Virus record (IMG/VR): IMGVR_UViG_3300047499_000113 | Coordinates: 176,016 to 240,015 of that record | Reading direction: 5' to 3' (one strand) | DNA: 64,000 nucleotides | Shown: one piece after another, positions 9,984-19,418 of the stretch | Numbering within the stretch: position 1 is the first letter of the stretch | Layout: each line of letters opens with the position of its first letter | Made by a program: the position numbers and the translations under genes | The notes under the pieces: generated by a model | Seen by the model: the letters and a program-made list of their open reading frames with translations, nothing else | What the model was told of the DNA's origin: nothing | The model's database searches: none

Positions 9984-10502
9984 TCATTTGCCCTTTAGAC
10001 TGTCGCCGAGTGCTGCCAGGTCTGTGTTCCACTTGCCGTGGCGTGCTGCAATTTCCGGGAATTCCTGCACTTGAGGTGGCCTCAATCGGTACTTGTACTC
10101 GCCCGTGGTCTCGTCCTCGATGGCGACGCATCTGGCAAGCAGATGGTCGACCAGGGCAGTACGTTGATTCGGCTGCAAGCCGTTCCAGACATCGAGGGCG
10201 ACCGTCAGTACGTAGTCAGCACCTTCATCTCCGGCCTTTTGAGCGAGGTGCTTTTCGGTGGGATTGGCCTTCCGGATAGTGCCCGGAACGGGAGTGCCTG
10301 CCGCTTTGGACGCACGATTGCGGCACAAGCAGAGGATGTGAGCGTTCACAAGCTCGTGGTAATACTTCGGCACGAGCTTTTGAACTATCTCGAAGACCGA
10401 CTCCGAGTCCGCGATGATGAGCGGTTCGGGGGCCGCCTTTTGCTTCTTGTCCCGTACGGCGTCGTTCTCATTGGATCGTTCTGCAGTTTGCACGGTCACC
10501 AT
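9984..10502 (-). CDS. Putative phage metallopeptidase-like protein (degenerate motif)
   Basis: 'DVWNGL..NQRTALVDHLL', 'QEFPEIAARHG.W' resembles the phage metallopeptidase family. Confidence 0.55.
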   Translation of the reverse strand: MVTVQTAERSNENDAVRDKKQKAAPEPLIIADSESVFEIVQKLVPKYYHELVNAHILCLCRNRASKAAGTPVPGTIRKANPTEKHLAQKAGDEGADYVLTVALDVWNGLQPNQRTALVDHLLARCVAIEDETTGEYKYRLRPPQVQEFPEIAARHGKWNTDLAALGDSLKGK

Positions 10503-11299
10503 CAGATCACTCCCGCGAGTGCCCGTTTGAAGTGAGCCCGGAACCGGTCGTCGCCGACTCGTTTCCAGTAGTCACCCGGGTCTTTGTCCTTGGGTTGTAG
10601 GCAGGGATATTTTACGTTTAAGACCTCGAATTCGTTGCTGAATCGCTCGGTGAAGCCAGTGACACCTTTCCTGCCTGCTTCATCCATATCGAGAATGAGG
10701 ACAATTCGACGGGCGAACCTCCGCAAGAAGCGCAATTGAGATTTGCTGACACCGCTGGTCGTAAGTCCAAGGATGTTCGGAGCGATAAGTCGCTCGCAGA
10801 TCTGATGGTCACCGGGCCCTTCCACAAGAATTGCAGTCCGCGTCGACCAAACCGCAGCTATGTTGGCGGGATTGCAGAAGAAGAAACCCTCGGGTCTGCG
10901 ATGCAGAGCGAACGTGTCGTATTCTTTGCGGTCCAAGTGGCGAATTTGGAAGCCAACATGGACACCCGAATACGAAGTCAGCGGGAAAACTACGCTGCCG
11001 CGAATGCGACGCCCTTGGAATTGCGTCTTCGGGCCGTTTTCTTCCACAGCCTCCCACGTCGAAGACCAGTTCCGGAAGTGGCACGAATCGCACCACAGGT
11101 GCTTCTTCTCGCGGTCAGAGCACTGCGCTCCATGGCCGCGATCTAATGACGAGTCCACCGCATAATCCTCGGCGGTGTAGCCGAGGCGATGCTCGAACAT
11201 CTGCGCTTCCGAAATCCCGCGGCCCTGGAGATAGCTCTTGGCATCATCGGACTGCATCAATCCGTGGTATGCCCAGTCCAGAAATGCGTCGACATCCAT
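10502..11299 (-). CDS. DnaG-type primase core / TOPRIM protein
   Basis: 'YLQGRGIS', 'VVFPL', VEGPGD, DMDEAGRKG, KDPGDY; no N-terminal CHC2 zinc domain. Confidence 0.85.
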   Translation of the reverse strand: MDVDAFLDWAYHGLMQSDDAKSYLQGRGISEAQMFEHRLGYTAEDYAVDSSLDRGHGAQCSDREKKHLWCDSCHFRNWSSTWEAVEENGPKTQFQGRRIRGSVVFPLTSYSGVHVGFQIRHLDRKEYDTFALHRRPEGFFFCNPANIAAVWSTRTAILVEGPGDHQICERLIAPNILGLTTSGVSKSQLRFLRRFARRIVLILDMDEAGRKGVTGFTERFSNEFEVLNVKYPCLQPKDKDPGDYWKRVGDDRFRAHFKRALAGVI

Positions 11300-11300
11300 C

Positions 11301-11900
11301 TCAGTCAGGCGGGCAGAAAGCCAACCCGTTCCGGACGTTATGTACCAGAATACTCGAGCGACCGCCCACGAACTGAGTGTACATGCCGACGAAGTCCGGC
11401 CGTGAGCAGAACACCGGAAACTCGACCTTGGACGGTGTCACGCGGCAGACTTTGCAGAACACGCCGTCCACCAGGTCCTTGCCGGCGGCCTTGTTGAAGG
11501 CCGTGACGGCTTTACCCTCAGGAGCTAGTACCATGTGCGGCTGGGACTTCATGCCTGATGCTTTCTGTACGTAGCTAAAAGCCGCATGAAGTTGTTTCTT
11601 GCCGCGAAAGATGTTCGGCCAGTTCTCCTTGACGGCAAGCTCGTACGCCGACTTCATCAGGTCGCCGATGAGTTCGTCGATTCTATCCGAGTCGTACTTG
11701 AAAACGCCGCTACGAAGCTTGCCGTCCTGCGTGAGCTTGCGCGACACGAGGAAGCGCTTCTCGGGCACATCCATGCCCGAGCCACTGATGACTGCAGGCA
11801 CAAATGCTGGCTTGGCTGGCGTCTCTATCCAAAGCGGGACTGCTTGGATGTTGGCGCGCGAGCGGTGCAGGTCATGGTCAAGAAGCCGGAGGAGAATCAT
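11301..11900 (-). CDS. Hypothetical protein
   Basis: 199 aa in operon. Confidence 0.6.
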   Translation of the reverse strand: MILLRLLDHDLHRSRANIQAVPLWIETPAKPAFVPAVISGSGMDVPEKRFLVSRKLTQDGKLRSGVFKYDSDRIDELIGDLMKSAYELAVKENWPNIFRGKKQLHAAFSYVQKASGMKSQPHMVLAPEGKAVTAFNKAAGKDLVDGVFCKVCRVTPSKVEFPVFCSRPDFVGMYTQFVGGRSSILVHNVRNGLAFCPPD

Positions 11901-12465
11901 CTTTCTGATCGTACCACAAATTCGACGTCAACTCGGGCGGCGGGAGTTGCGGGAGAGCAGGAATTGGCTTCCAGAATTTGGACTGGAGCCAGAACCAGAA
12001 CCGTTCGAGGAACGTCAGCGGGACTTCGTGAATGCGTTCCCCGAGGACCCACTGGAGCGTGGCGACGTCCCGGTAGTTGTTGAACACGTACTCGTCGTCC
12101 GAGAGCCTATCCAGAAAGTCCTTGCGAGCCTGCTCGAGTGTGACTCGTGGCTTGAACATCGGGCAGCGCTTCGCTTTGTCGTCCGAATCGCATGTGTCTC
12201 CCTGCCATGTCGCCGCATTGTCGGCGCCGTACATGCACAGGTGCACCGATTGGTCGTGTCCGACCACGACGAGCGTTTTCTGGATTCGAGGAGCCAGCTC
12301 CATTTCAGTCTCGAGCGAGGGCTTGTACTCGAGCTGCGCCGGCGCGTGCTCTTCATTGAAGACGCAGTTCTTGTAGCACCGAGCCTGCGTCGCTTCCACA
12401 TGTTTGTGGGCGTACCGAGACCGGAGCTTTTTGAGCCGCGACTCCACCTGAGCACGTGTCTTCAC
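11878..12465 (-). CDS. Cys-containing hypothetical protein
   Basis: 195 aa, overlapping its neighbours. Confidence 0.6.
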   Translation of the reverse strand: MKTRAQVESRLKKLRSRYAHKHVEATQARCYKNCVFNEEHAPAQLEYKPSLETEMELAPRIQKTLVVVGHDQSVHLCMYGADNAATWQGDTCDSDDKAKRCPMFKPRVTLEQARKDFLDRLSDDEYVFNNYRDVATLQWVLGERIHEVPLTFLERFWFWLQSKFWKPIPALPQLPPPELTSNLWYDQKDDSPPAS

Positions 12466-13121
12466 GGGGACATCTCCGCCGGCTGGAACCGAAGCCTGCG
12501 GAGCTTGAGCGCTCCGGTGCCAGTTCCCTCCTTGCGCCCATCATACGCGATGTGCGCCTGGTTCAGGAATTCCGGATTGTGGGTCACCATCAGAATGTTG
12601 ATCCCGGTCTCCTCGGACAGACGCCTCATGAAGGCGCCGGCGCCGGGGACGTACGAATTGGAAAGAGCGAGCATGGACTCGTCGAGGATGAGTAGGTTCG
12701 CCATCTTCATCCGAGCCATCACAGCGATGCGGAGCACGAACGAGATGACAACAGCAGCGCCACCGCCGTAGGACTGAATGGGGTCGCCCTCCACGCCATT
12801 GTCCTCGAGCACGAATCGCATCGCGAGACGGTTGTACTTGGGCTCCTGCTTGATCTGGAAGTTGAGTTTTTGATCGTGGATGATGTGTTGGAGCCCGGTC
12901 GTGGCAAGCTCCGCCATCGAGTCCACGTTTTTCTTCATCGAGTCTTCGAGCCAAGTCTTGAAGACCTCAGATGCCTTCTGATGCAGCTCGGCGCGATACG
13001 CGAGGGCGGTCTCCTCCCTCTCGAGACCGTTCACCTGCGACTGCAGGATGTCACGGTAAGTCGAGAGCTTGTGGATTCCATCCTTGAGTTGCTTGAGTCT
13101 CTCGCGCGCGGCGTCGTGCAT
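12462..13121 (-). CDS. Rad50/SbcC-like ABC ATPase, C-terminal half only
   Basis: Coiled coil, then signature SYGGG, Walker B LILDE and H-loop VTH; no Walker A. Confidence 0.8.
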   Translation of the reverse strand: MHDAARERLKQLKDGIHKLSTYRDILQSQVNGLEREETALAYRAELHQKASEVFKTWLEDSMKKNVDSMAELATTGLQHIIHDQKLNFQIKQEPKYNRLAMRFVLEDNGVEGDPIQSYGGGAAVVISFVLRIAVMARMKMANLLILDESMLALSNSYVPGAGAFMRRLSEETGINILMVTHNPEFLNQAHIAYDGRKEGTGTGALKLRRLRFQPAEMSP

Positions 13122-13124
13122 GCT

Positions 13125-14258
13125 TCAAGCCCTTTCCACCATCGCCTGGATGAAGTGTCTGGCCCGTGCCGTTCCTTCGGATGCCTGTTCGGCAATCTCG
13201 AGAACGGCAGGCGCGGACGGGTGCGAAAACTTCAGACAGGCGTTTCCTTCGCCGAGATACCGTACTATTCCGGCCAGGTACTTGACCGGAAAATCGGCGG
13301 AAAGGCGTTTACCGGCCTTGAACTCGACCGGCATCTTGGAGATTTCCTGCTTGCCGTTGATGAACTCCATGGTACCTGAGCCGTCAGGCTCGGCCAGGGC
13401 CAGGACGGTCACCCGTTGCGTCCCCTCGATGCACATCGCCGCCCAGCTGAGACATTTCGACAGCTGGTCGCGATCGATGTTGATGATGACTTGGTGCCCG
13501 TCTTCCGGCGGCAGAGCCAGCGGCGGCTTCTTGGAAGCCACGCGACTGAAGAGTAAGTGCGAACCGCTCTGAGGGTCGCAAACGAAGGTGTGCTTTTCGG
13601 TTTGGCCGACCTGAATCTGCCTCTCACCGAATTTGCCACAGAACGACTTCATCAGCGGGAGATCGGCGCTCACTATGGAAATGTCCATCTCGAGGCCGGG
13701 CATCGTGGCCGCCGTCGCGTAGAACCTCGCGTTGGCGACTGCGCACTGCTTCTCTGGATAGAAGTGCACCTGGTTGATGCGCATCGCCTCTTCGGTCTTG
13801 GTCTCGCGCACGAGTGCGGAGCACGACACCTGACGCAGAAGCTCCTCGAAGTCCTTCGCCGGAAGAGTGGCCGCCGCCGCGAGCGACGGCTTGGGAGGCA
13901 TCGGCGGCCTACGTGACAGTTCCGCGCGGCGCTTGATTGTCGCTTGGCGACTCTGCTTGCCGCCCTCGGCCTTGAGCAGCATTCCCTTGTCCGTGACGGT
14001 GATGGTGACGGCCGTCAGTTCGGACTCGAGAAAAGCTTGCCTGTCCGCCGGGAGAAAATGCTCGTCTGACGTGTAATCGTCGGGAGCGGCCTTCAGCGGA
14101 CGGATCTCAGCTCGTGCGCACCGGCGTTTGTCGTAGGAGTAGATGACGAGCTGCCCGCCGACTATCTTGAGAACATAGTCGTTCGTCATCGGCTTGACGA
14201 GCTTCGCGATGGAGAGCCCGTGCCGCAGTTCGGCCGGGTCGAACTCGAGCTTCATCAA
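13125..14258 (-). CDS. dnaN: Sliding clamp (DNA pol III beta-like)
   Basis: 377 aa; C-terminus 'ADFPVKYLAGIVRYL..NACLKFS..SAPAVL...FIQAM' parallels the DnaN third domain; clamp-loader genes nearby. Confidence 0.65.
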   Translation of the reverse strand: MMKLEFDPAELRHGLSIAKLVKPMTNDYVLKIVGGQLVIYSYDKRRCARAEIRPLKAAPDDYTSDEHFLPADRQAFLESELTAVTITVTDKGMLLKAEGGKQSRQATIKRRAELSRRPPMPPKPSLAAAATLPAKDFEELLRQVSCSALVRETKTEEAMRINQVHFYPEKQCAVANARFYATAATMPGLEMDISIVSADLPLMKSFCGKFGERQIQVGQTEKHTFVCDPQSGSHLLFSRVASKKPPLALPPEDGHQVIINIDRDQLSKCLSWAAMCIEGTQRVTVLALAEPDGSGTMEFINGKQEISKMPVEFKAGKRLSADFPVKYLAGIVRYLGEGNACLKFSHPSAPAVLEIAEQASEGTARARHFIQAMVERA

Positions 14259-14560
14259 CCGGCCTCACGGATTTCCTTGAGCATCGGGCGGATGATGTTC
14301 TCACCCTCCTCGAGTTCCGTCTTGAAGACTTCCATCTTGATCCGGACGACTTCTTCGGTCCGCTGAAGCTCTTCCTTGATCTTGTCCGGGTCGTAACCGG
14401 CCTCGCGAGTCTCGTCCATCACCTTCTTGAGGACACGCTTGCGAGCCGAGAACTCAGCATCGAGCTTCACTTTGTTCTGCTGAAGCGCGTCTCGCCTCGC
14501 GACGAGACCTTCGTACTGGGCGATGACGCCCTCGATGTCCTTGTCAGTGGTGGTGGCCAT
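14255..14560 (-). CDS. Coiled-coil hypothetical protein
   Basis: 101 aa; GAGG ribosome-binding site. Confidence 0.65.
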   Translation of the reverse strand: MATTTDKDIEGVIAQYEGLVARRDALQQNKVKLDAEFSARKRVLKKVMDETREAGYDPDKIKEELQRTEEVVRIKMEVFKTELEEGENIIRPMLKEIREAG

Positions 14561-14580
14561 AATACCTCGTAAGGCGTAGA

Positions 14581-15426
14581 TTACACCTGCTCGAGATCGA
14601 AGATGGAATTCTCGATCCGGCCGCCGGTTTCTACTTTCCGTTTGGCCAGATACTTCTGGCCGTCTTCACATTTGGTGATGAAGTCGCAGCGGTGACACTC
14701 GCCCGAAGGGGTGGCGTCGAACTGTTTGAGATGAATCTTCTTGGCGACCTCGAACGTCTTGTCGAGCGAGGCCCGCATCACGTTGTTGTCGTACGCGATC
14801 CACTTGACTGGGTCCTCTGGAAAACACCAGAAGATGAACCCGAGGCGTGATGGAGCGATGTGGTACTTGAGGTAGTGCTGGACCGCGTACCAGATGAGCT
14901 GCTCGGAATCGACGTACTTCTCTTTGTGCTTGCTGGCCTTCCCGTCGAGGAGCCAGATGTCTTTATCCCCTTTGACGTGCGTGAAGTCTGAGCGACCGCC
15001 GATTTTGAGGCTCAGACCGTGCTTGGGACTCGTGTACTCAATGGACAGATCCGCCTCGACGCGACTTTGCGCAGACAGAAGACCGTGCTTGCGGATGATC
15101 TCCACGCCCTCGGGGACGTACTTGCGGAGGTCCTGCTGCAGGAGGTTCACAAATGCCGGATCCGTGACAGGGTCGAAATCTTCCTTCTCGTAGACTGAGC
15201 GCGTCGCATCCTCGACATACGAGACCACCGTAGCCACGGGATCTGCGGTCGCCCAAGCCCGGCGTGAATAGAACCACTCGTAAACCTTGCCGATGATGGA
15301 GCCGAAGAACGTGTTGCGCCGGTCTCCTCGTGTCTTATCCTTCAGGATATACGAGAAGTGGTACTTCTTCGGGCACGTCATGTAGGACTTGCGGCCAGAG
15401 TAACTGAGGTAGAGGTCGTAGCCCAT
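14581..15426 (-). CDS. PD-(D/E)xK nuclease, Cas4/AddB-like with Fe-S cysteines
   Basis: LSYS...CPK at the N-terminus, GRSD...DGK core, QL.WY, C-terminal CHRC...C; start MGYDLY at 15426. Confidence 0.8.
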   Translation of the reverse strand: MGYDLYLSYSGRKSYMTCPKKYHFSYILKDKTRGDRRNTFFGSIIGKVYEWFYSRRAWATADPVATVVSYVEDATRSVYEKEDFDPVTDPAFVNLLQQDLRKYVPEGVEIIRKHGLLSAQSRVEADLSIEYTSPKHGLSLKIGGRSDFTHVKGDKDIWLLDGKASKHKEKYVDSEQLIWYAVQHYLKYHIAPSRLGFIFWCFPEDPVKWIAYDNNVMRASLDKTFEVAKKIHLKQFDATPSGECHRCDFITKCEDGQKYLAKRKVETGGRIENSIFDLEQV

Positions 15427-15439
15427 GAGGTTCTGCACC

Positions 15440-16432
15440 TTACTGCTCCTCAGTGACTCCTGCCTCAGCGGCCTCGAGTAGGCTAAGCGCAAGTACACGT
15501 AGATCCTCCGGGAACTTGTCCAGTTCCTTCTTGCGCGATTCGAGAGCGTCATCCGACGCCAGATTGGCGTTTTCGCGCAGCTGCGCGATGAATTCGTTGA
15601 GAGAGCGGCGCTCGTTGTCCAGCTTCTTCTTCAGTTCGAGGTCGAAGACGTGCGCGGCGTCCGCGTGGGGGACGACGTGCTCTTCGACTGAGAACCCTTG
15701 AGAGTTGAACTTGAGAGAAGCGCATTTGGGCTTGCGCTCCAGGTTCTCGAACGTGAGCGCCCCTCGAGAGATAGCGCCGAGGTTGACGAACTTCACACCC
15801 AGGTGGTCAACAATGCCTTGGTCCTTGTGGTAATGCCCGAAGATGTAGACGTCGGGGCAGCCTTCGAATACCAGGTCTCTATAGTCGAACACGCGCTCGT
15901 GGAAAAAGCTCTGGATTTTCTCCTCCGGAGCCATCGCGGCGAGTGCGTGCACAACGGCCACCGTGAAGTTCTCGTCTTTCTTCTTGACGAGGGAGTGGAG
16001 GCCATCGACGTCGATGTCAGTGGTATATTCGACACCGACCACACGCACTTTCAAACTCCCGTCTTCGAACGTCTGCTCTTGCAGGTGGTTGAAGACGTGG
16101 GACTCGAGGAGGACTCCGAGCGGCTGACCCGGAACCGTGCCCGGATCGTTGTTGCTCATGTCGTGATTGCCAGCCAGAGCCCATGTCGGACACGGGTAAC
16201 GGCGATGCAGTCGCGCTGCCATCGCCATGGTCCGCATGGTAGTCTTGTTGGCGGCCTTCACATGGAAGAAGTCGCCACCCCTGAGGAAAGCGTTGGCCCG
16301 GAAGCGCTCGGCGAATCCGCCCTGCCACTCTATCTTGGACAGGATAGCGGCCCGATAATCGTCTTTGCGAAAACCGGGGGCTAGATCTGCAAGATGCTCG
16401 TCCGATGACGAGACGAGGCGCACTTCGGACAT
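15440..16432 (-). CDS. Mre11/SbcD-like metallophosphoesterase nuclease
   Basis: SDEHL, GGDFFH, GNHD and GHYH motifs. Confidence 0.85.
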   Translation of the reverse strand: MSEVRLVSSSDEHLADLAPGFRKDDYRAAILSKIEWQGGFAERFRANAFLRGGDFFHVKAANKTTMRTMAMAARLHRRYPCPTWALAGNHDMSNNDPGTVPGQPLGVLLESHVFNHLQEQTFEDGSLKVRVVGVEYTTDIDVDGLHSLVKKKDENFTVAVVHALAAMAPEEKIQSFFHERVFDYRDLVFEGCPDVYIFGHYHKDQGIVDHLGVKFVNLGAISRGALTFENLERKPKCASLKFNSQGFSVEEHVVPHADAAHVFDLELKKKLDNERRSLNEFIAQLRENANLASDDALESRKKELDKFPEDLRVLALSLLEAAEAGVTEEQ

Positions 16433-16465
16433 ACCTGACGGTACACCGAGGACTTATTGGAAGGG

Positions 16466-18736
16466 TCAGGCGCTAGCGACTGCCCGTAGGATGCCGGAGA
16501 GACGCGGCCGGCTGTGCTGCTGCTCGACGTGCTCGTGGACGAGCTGCGCCAGATGGGAATTGCGTTGCGAGTCCCGTTCGTTACCCACCGCAATCCGGAA
16601 CGCCTCAGGATCGCCGAAGATGAATACCTTCTTCTTCGCGCGAGTGATGGCGGTATAGACGAGGTTGCGGTAGAGCATGACGCCGTACTGCTTGGTCATC
16701 GGCATCAGGACGTAGTCGAACTCCTGGCCTTGAACCTTGTGAGCCGTACAAGCGTACGCCACGCGCAGGACGCTCTTGGCCTCCTCGATCTTGAACGAGA
16801 AGACTTTGTCGACGTACGTCGGAACCGCGGCTTCCTGGTCGAACCAGTTGAAGATCTTGACCTCGAACTCGTCGTGTTTGAGCGAGATGCGTTGAATCTT
16901 CCCGACGTCGCCATTGAAGATCATGCGGTCGTAGTCATTGCGCACGACCATCACGCGGTCGCCTTCGAAGAAGTTCACGTCTCCGTGCTTGACGTAGGAC
17001 GCCTTCCTCGAAGCGTACTCGGAGTTGAGGACCTCCCGCAGCTCGAGGTTCAAGTTGTCGACTCCAAGGTCTCCCGCGTACGTCGGGGCGATGACCTGGA
17101 AGTTCAGGTCATTGGACTTGAGAACGCGAGCCATGTCGCGAACTTCGTCGAGCACCTTCTCCTGTGGGTAGGGCAGGAAAACGAAGTCCGACTTGCGGTT
17201 GAAGGTGGTGTCGACAGGCTTCCCGCTCAGGATCTTGTGAGCGACCTTGATGATATCGGACGCCTCCTCTTGACGGTAGATGCGAGTCAAAGAGACGTGC
17301 GGCACTTCCTCGCAGCCCATGAGGCTCCGCAAAATGTCGCCGGCGCCGACAGACGGAAGCTGATGCGAGTCGCCCACGAGTACCAGAATCGTCGTCGCGG
17401 GGAGGGCCGACACGAGATGGTAGAACGTGCTCGAGTCGATCATCGACATCTCGTCGACGATGACGGCGTCGCAGAAATACTTGTTGTGTTTGTTGTGTTC
17501 CCACTGGCCGTCGTGACCGTAACCGAGTGCACGGTGCACGGTGGAGGCCGGCTTACCAGTCATCTGCGAGAGACGCTTGGCCGCGATGCCGGTTGGCGAC
17601 AGTAGCTGGTAGTGGAGGTCGTTGGTCTCGAATAGGTGGACGAAAGCCGACGTCAGAAGCGTCTTTCCAGTGCCAGGAGCACCGGACACCACGCACACAC
17701 GACTGCGGTCGAGCATGAAGAAGGCGTCGCGCTGCTCGTCGGACAGTTGCAGCTGGTGATCGGCTTCGAACTCCTTGAGGATGGTCGTCAGGTCCCCAAG
17801 AGGCCGCGGAGATTGAGTCACCATCTCGGACAGGGCCTGAGCGGCGTCGTTCTCGCTCGTCCAGTTGTTGATCAGGTAGTTGCGGTTGTCGTCCGAGTAG
17901 ATGGCTCCAGCGTCGCGAAGCTCCATGAGCGACGCGTAGAAGTGAGACTCCGACATGTACTCGCCGTGCGTGAACGGCGAGACCGCGTGGCGCTTGAACA
18001 GCTTGTGCGTGATGTAGTGCAGGATCTGCTTGGACTCGCAGTACACGTGTCCGTCTGACTGCGCCAGTTCGTTCATCACGAACAGGATCATTGCCCGCAC
18101 ACGCCGGGCATCGTCGACACCCACACCGAGCTTTCGAGCTGCTGAATCTGCGGTGCTGAATCCGACGCCCGAGCAGTCATAAAGGCAGTACGGATTCTCC
18201 TTGATCTTGTCCCTCGTGGCCTGGCCGACTCCGAGCTTCGCTACCACTCCACGGACCTGGTAGGAGTTGAGGCCGAGGTCTGTCAGGAAGATGGCCGTCG
18301 TGCGACTCTCCGAAGCCTGCGACCACTCTTTGAGGATCGCGTCAGCCTGTCGCGCTTGCAGGAACTCGACCTGACGGATCTGCTCCGGGTCGTTGTTCAA
18401 GATTTCGACCAACCCGTCCCCAAAACGCTCGTAGAGCTTGTGGGCGGTCACATGCCCGATGGATGGGACGTTCGCCGTCAGGTATTGGATGATGCCAATT
18501 CTGCCCTTTTCCGGCAGAATTTCACAACTGTTGGCATGAAGACGCTTGCCATATTTCTGGTCTTCAATATACCGACCTACAAACTTCGCTTTCAGACCAA
18601 CTTGTACAGGAACACCAGGGAAGCTACCTTGGACAAATACTTCTCGCCCTGAGTCGAGAGTAGTCCGAAGCACGCAGAACCCGGTAGTCCGGTTGGAAAA
18701 AACAACTCCACTAATTTTAGTGATTACTTCTTCCAT
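16466..18736 (-). CDS. recD2: RecD2-like SF1B helicase
   Basis: N-terminal OB/HhH region, GAPGTGKT, PTGIAA, DEMSM, GDSHQLPSVG, YRQ, HKVQGQE, YTAITRA. Confidence 0.93.
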   Translation of the reverse strand: MEEVITKISGVVFSNRTTGFCVLRTTLDSGREVFVQGSFPGVPVQVGLKAKFVGRYIEDQKYGKRLHANSCEILPEKGRIGIIQYLTANVPSIGHVTAHKLYERFGDGLVEILNNDPEQIRQVEFLQARQADAILKEWSQASESRTTAIFLTDLGLNSYQVRGVVAKLGVGQATRDKIKENPYCLYDCSGVGFSTADSAARKLGVGVDDARRVRAMILFVMNELAQSDGHVYCESKQILHYITHKLFKRHAVSPFTHGEYMSESHFYASLMELRDAGAIYSDDNRNYLINNWTSENDAAQALSEMVTQSPRPLGDLTTILKEFEADHQLQLSDEQRDAFFMLDRSRVCVVSGAPGTGKTLLTSAFVHLFETNDLHYQLLSPTGIAAKRLSQMTGKPASTVHRALGYGHDGQWEHNKHNKYFCDAVIVDEMSMIDSSTFYHLVSALPATTILVLVGDSHQLPSVGAGDILRSLMGCEEVPHVSLTRIYRQEEASDIIKVAHKILSGKPVDTTFNRKSDFVFLPYPQEKVLDEVRDMARVLKSNDLNFQVIAPTYAGDLGVDNLNLELREVLNSEYASRKASYVKHGDVNFFEGDRVMVVRNDYDRMIFNGDVGKIQRISLKHDEFEVKIFNWFDQEAAVPTYVDKVFSFKIEEAKSVLRVAYACTAHKVQGQEFDYVLMPMTKQYGVMLYRNLVYTAITRAKKKVFIFGDPEAFRIAVGNERDSQRNSHLAQLVHEHVEQQHSRPRLSGILRAVASA

Positions 18737-18776
18737 AGGGAAACCGGTTTTAGTGCCTTTGTAAGATTCTCCCTAT

Positions 18777-19373
18777 ATGAGAGTTTGCAAAAGCTGCTCC
18801 AAAGATGAAAATACAACAAAGTTCAACGGAAGAAGCAGGTCTTGCATTGAATGTCACAAGGCAAGATGCGTCGAAAGAAGAGCTTTCATAAAGCTATCGA
18901 TCCTTGCCCACTACAGCAACGGGGAAACGAAGTGTGGTTGCCATGGGTGCGGGGAGTCGAGAGTCGAATTTCTCACTGTTGATCACATCGACGGAGACGG
19001 CCGCTCCCATCGAAAAAAGATAAGAATTCCGTTCTATGAGTGGCTCTGGCAGAACGAGTTCCCGCCAGGGTTTCGGGTTTTGTGTTTCAACTGCAACTGT
19101 TCGATTGGACAATGTGGTTATTGCCCTCATATTGAGAAGTCAAGGATTCCGAGCCTGGAACACTTGAAACATGTGAAGATACTTCCAAGTGGACGAGGTG
19201 GGAGGGCTTGGAACGCGAAGCTAACTCCAGATGCCGTGAGAAACATCAAGATAGGTAAAGAGAACGGCGTTCCGATCAAACAGTTGGCCCGACAGAATGG
19301 CGTAAGCCCGGCCGCCATACGAGGAATCCTTAGAGGCGAAACGTGGAAACACGTGACTACTGGACCTTCTTAG
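18777..19373 (+). CDS. Free-standing HNH-type endonuclease with C-terminal HTH
   Basis: CxxC clusters, TVDHIDG, LCFNCN, 'NAKLT...' HTH; AT-richer than and antisense to its neighbours. Confidence 0.8.
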   Translation: MRVCKSCSKDENTTKFNGRSRSCIECHKARCVERRAFIKLSILAHYSNGETKCGCHGCGESRVEFLTVDHIDGDGRSHRKKIRIPFYEWLWQNEFPPGFRVLCFNCNCSIGQCGYCPHIEKSRIPSLEHLKHVKILPSGRGGRAWNAKLTPDAVRNIKIGKENGVPIKQLARQNGVSPAAIRGILRGETWKHVTTGPS

Positions 19374-19418
19374 CGGCCTGCACAGTGTTAATCCGGGCAC
19401 GATTCGATTGTCGATCAG

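Noticed and set aside
14581-15426. CRISPR-Cas locus around the Cas4-like nuclease
   Set aside because: No repeat-spacer array or other cas genes seen in the window.
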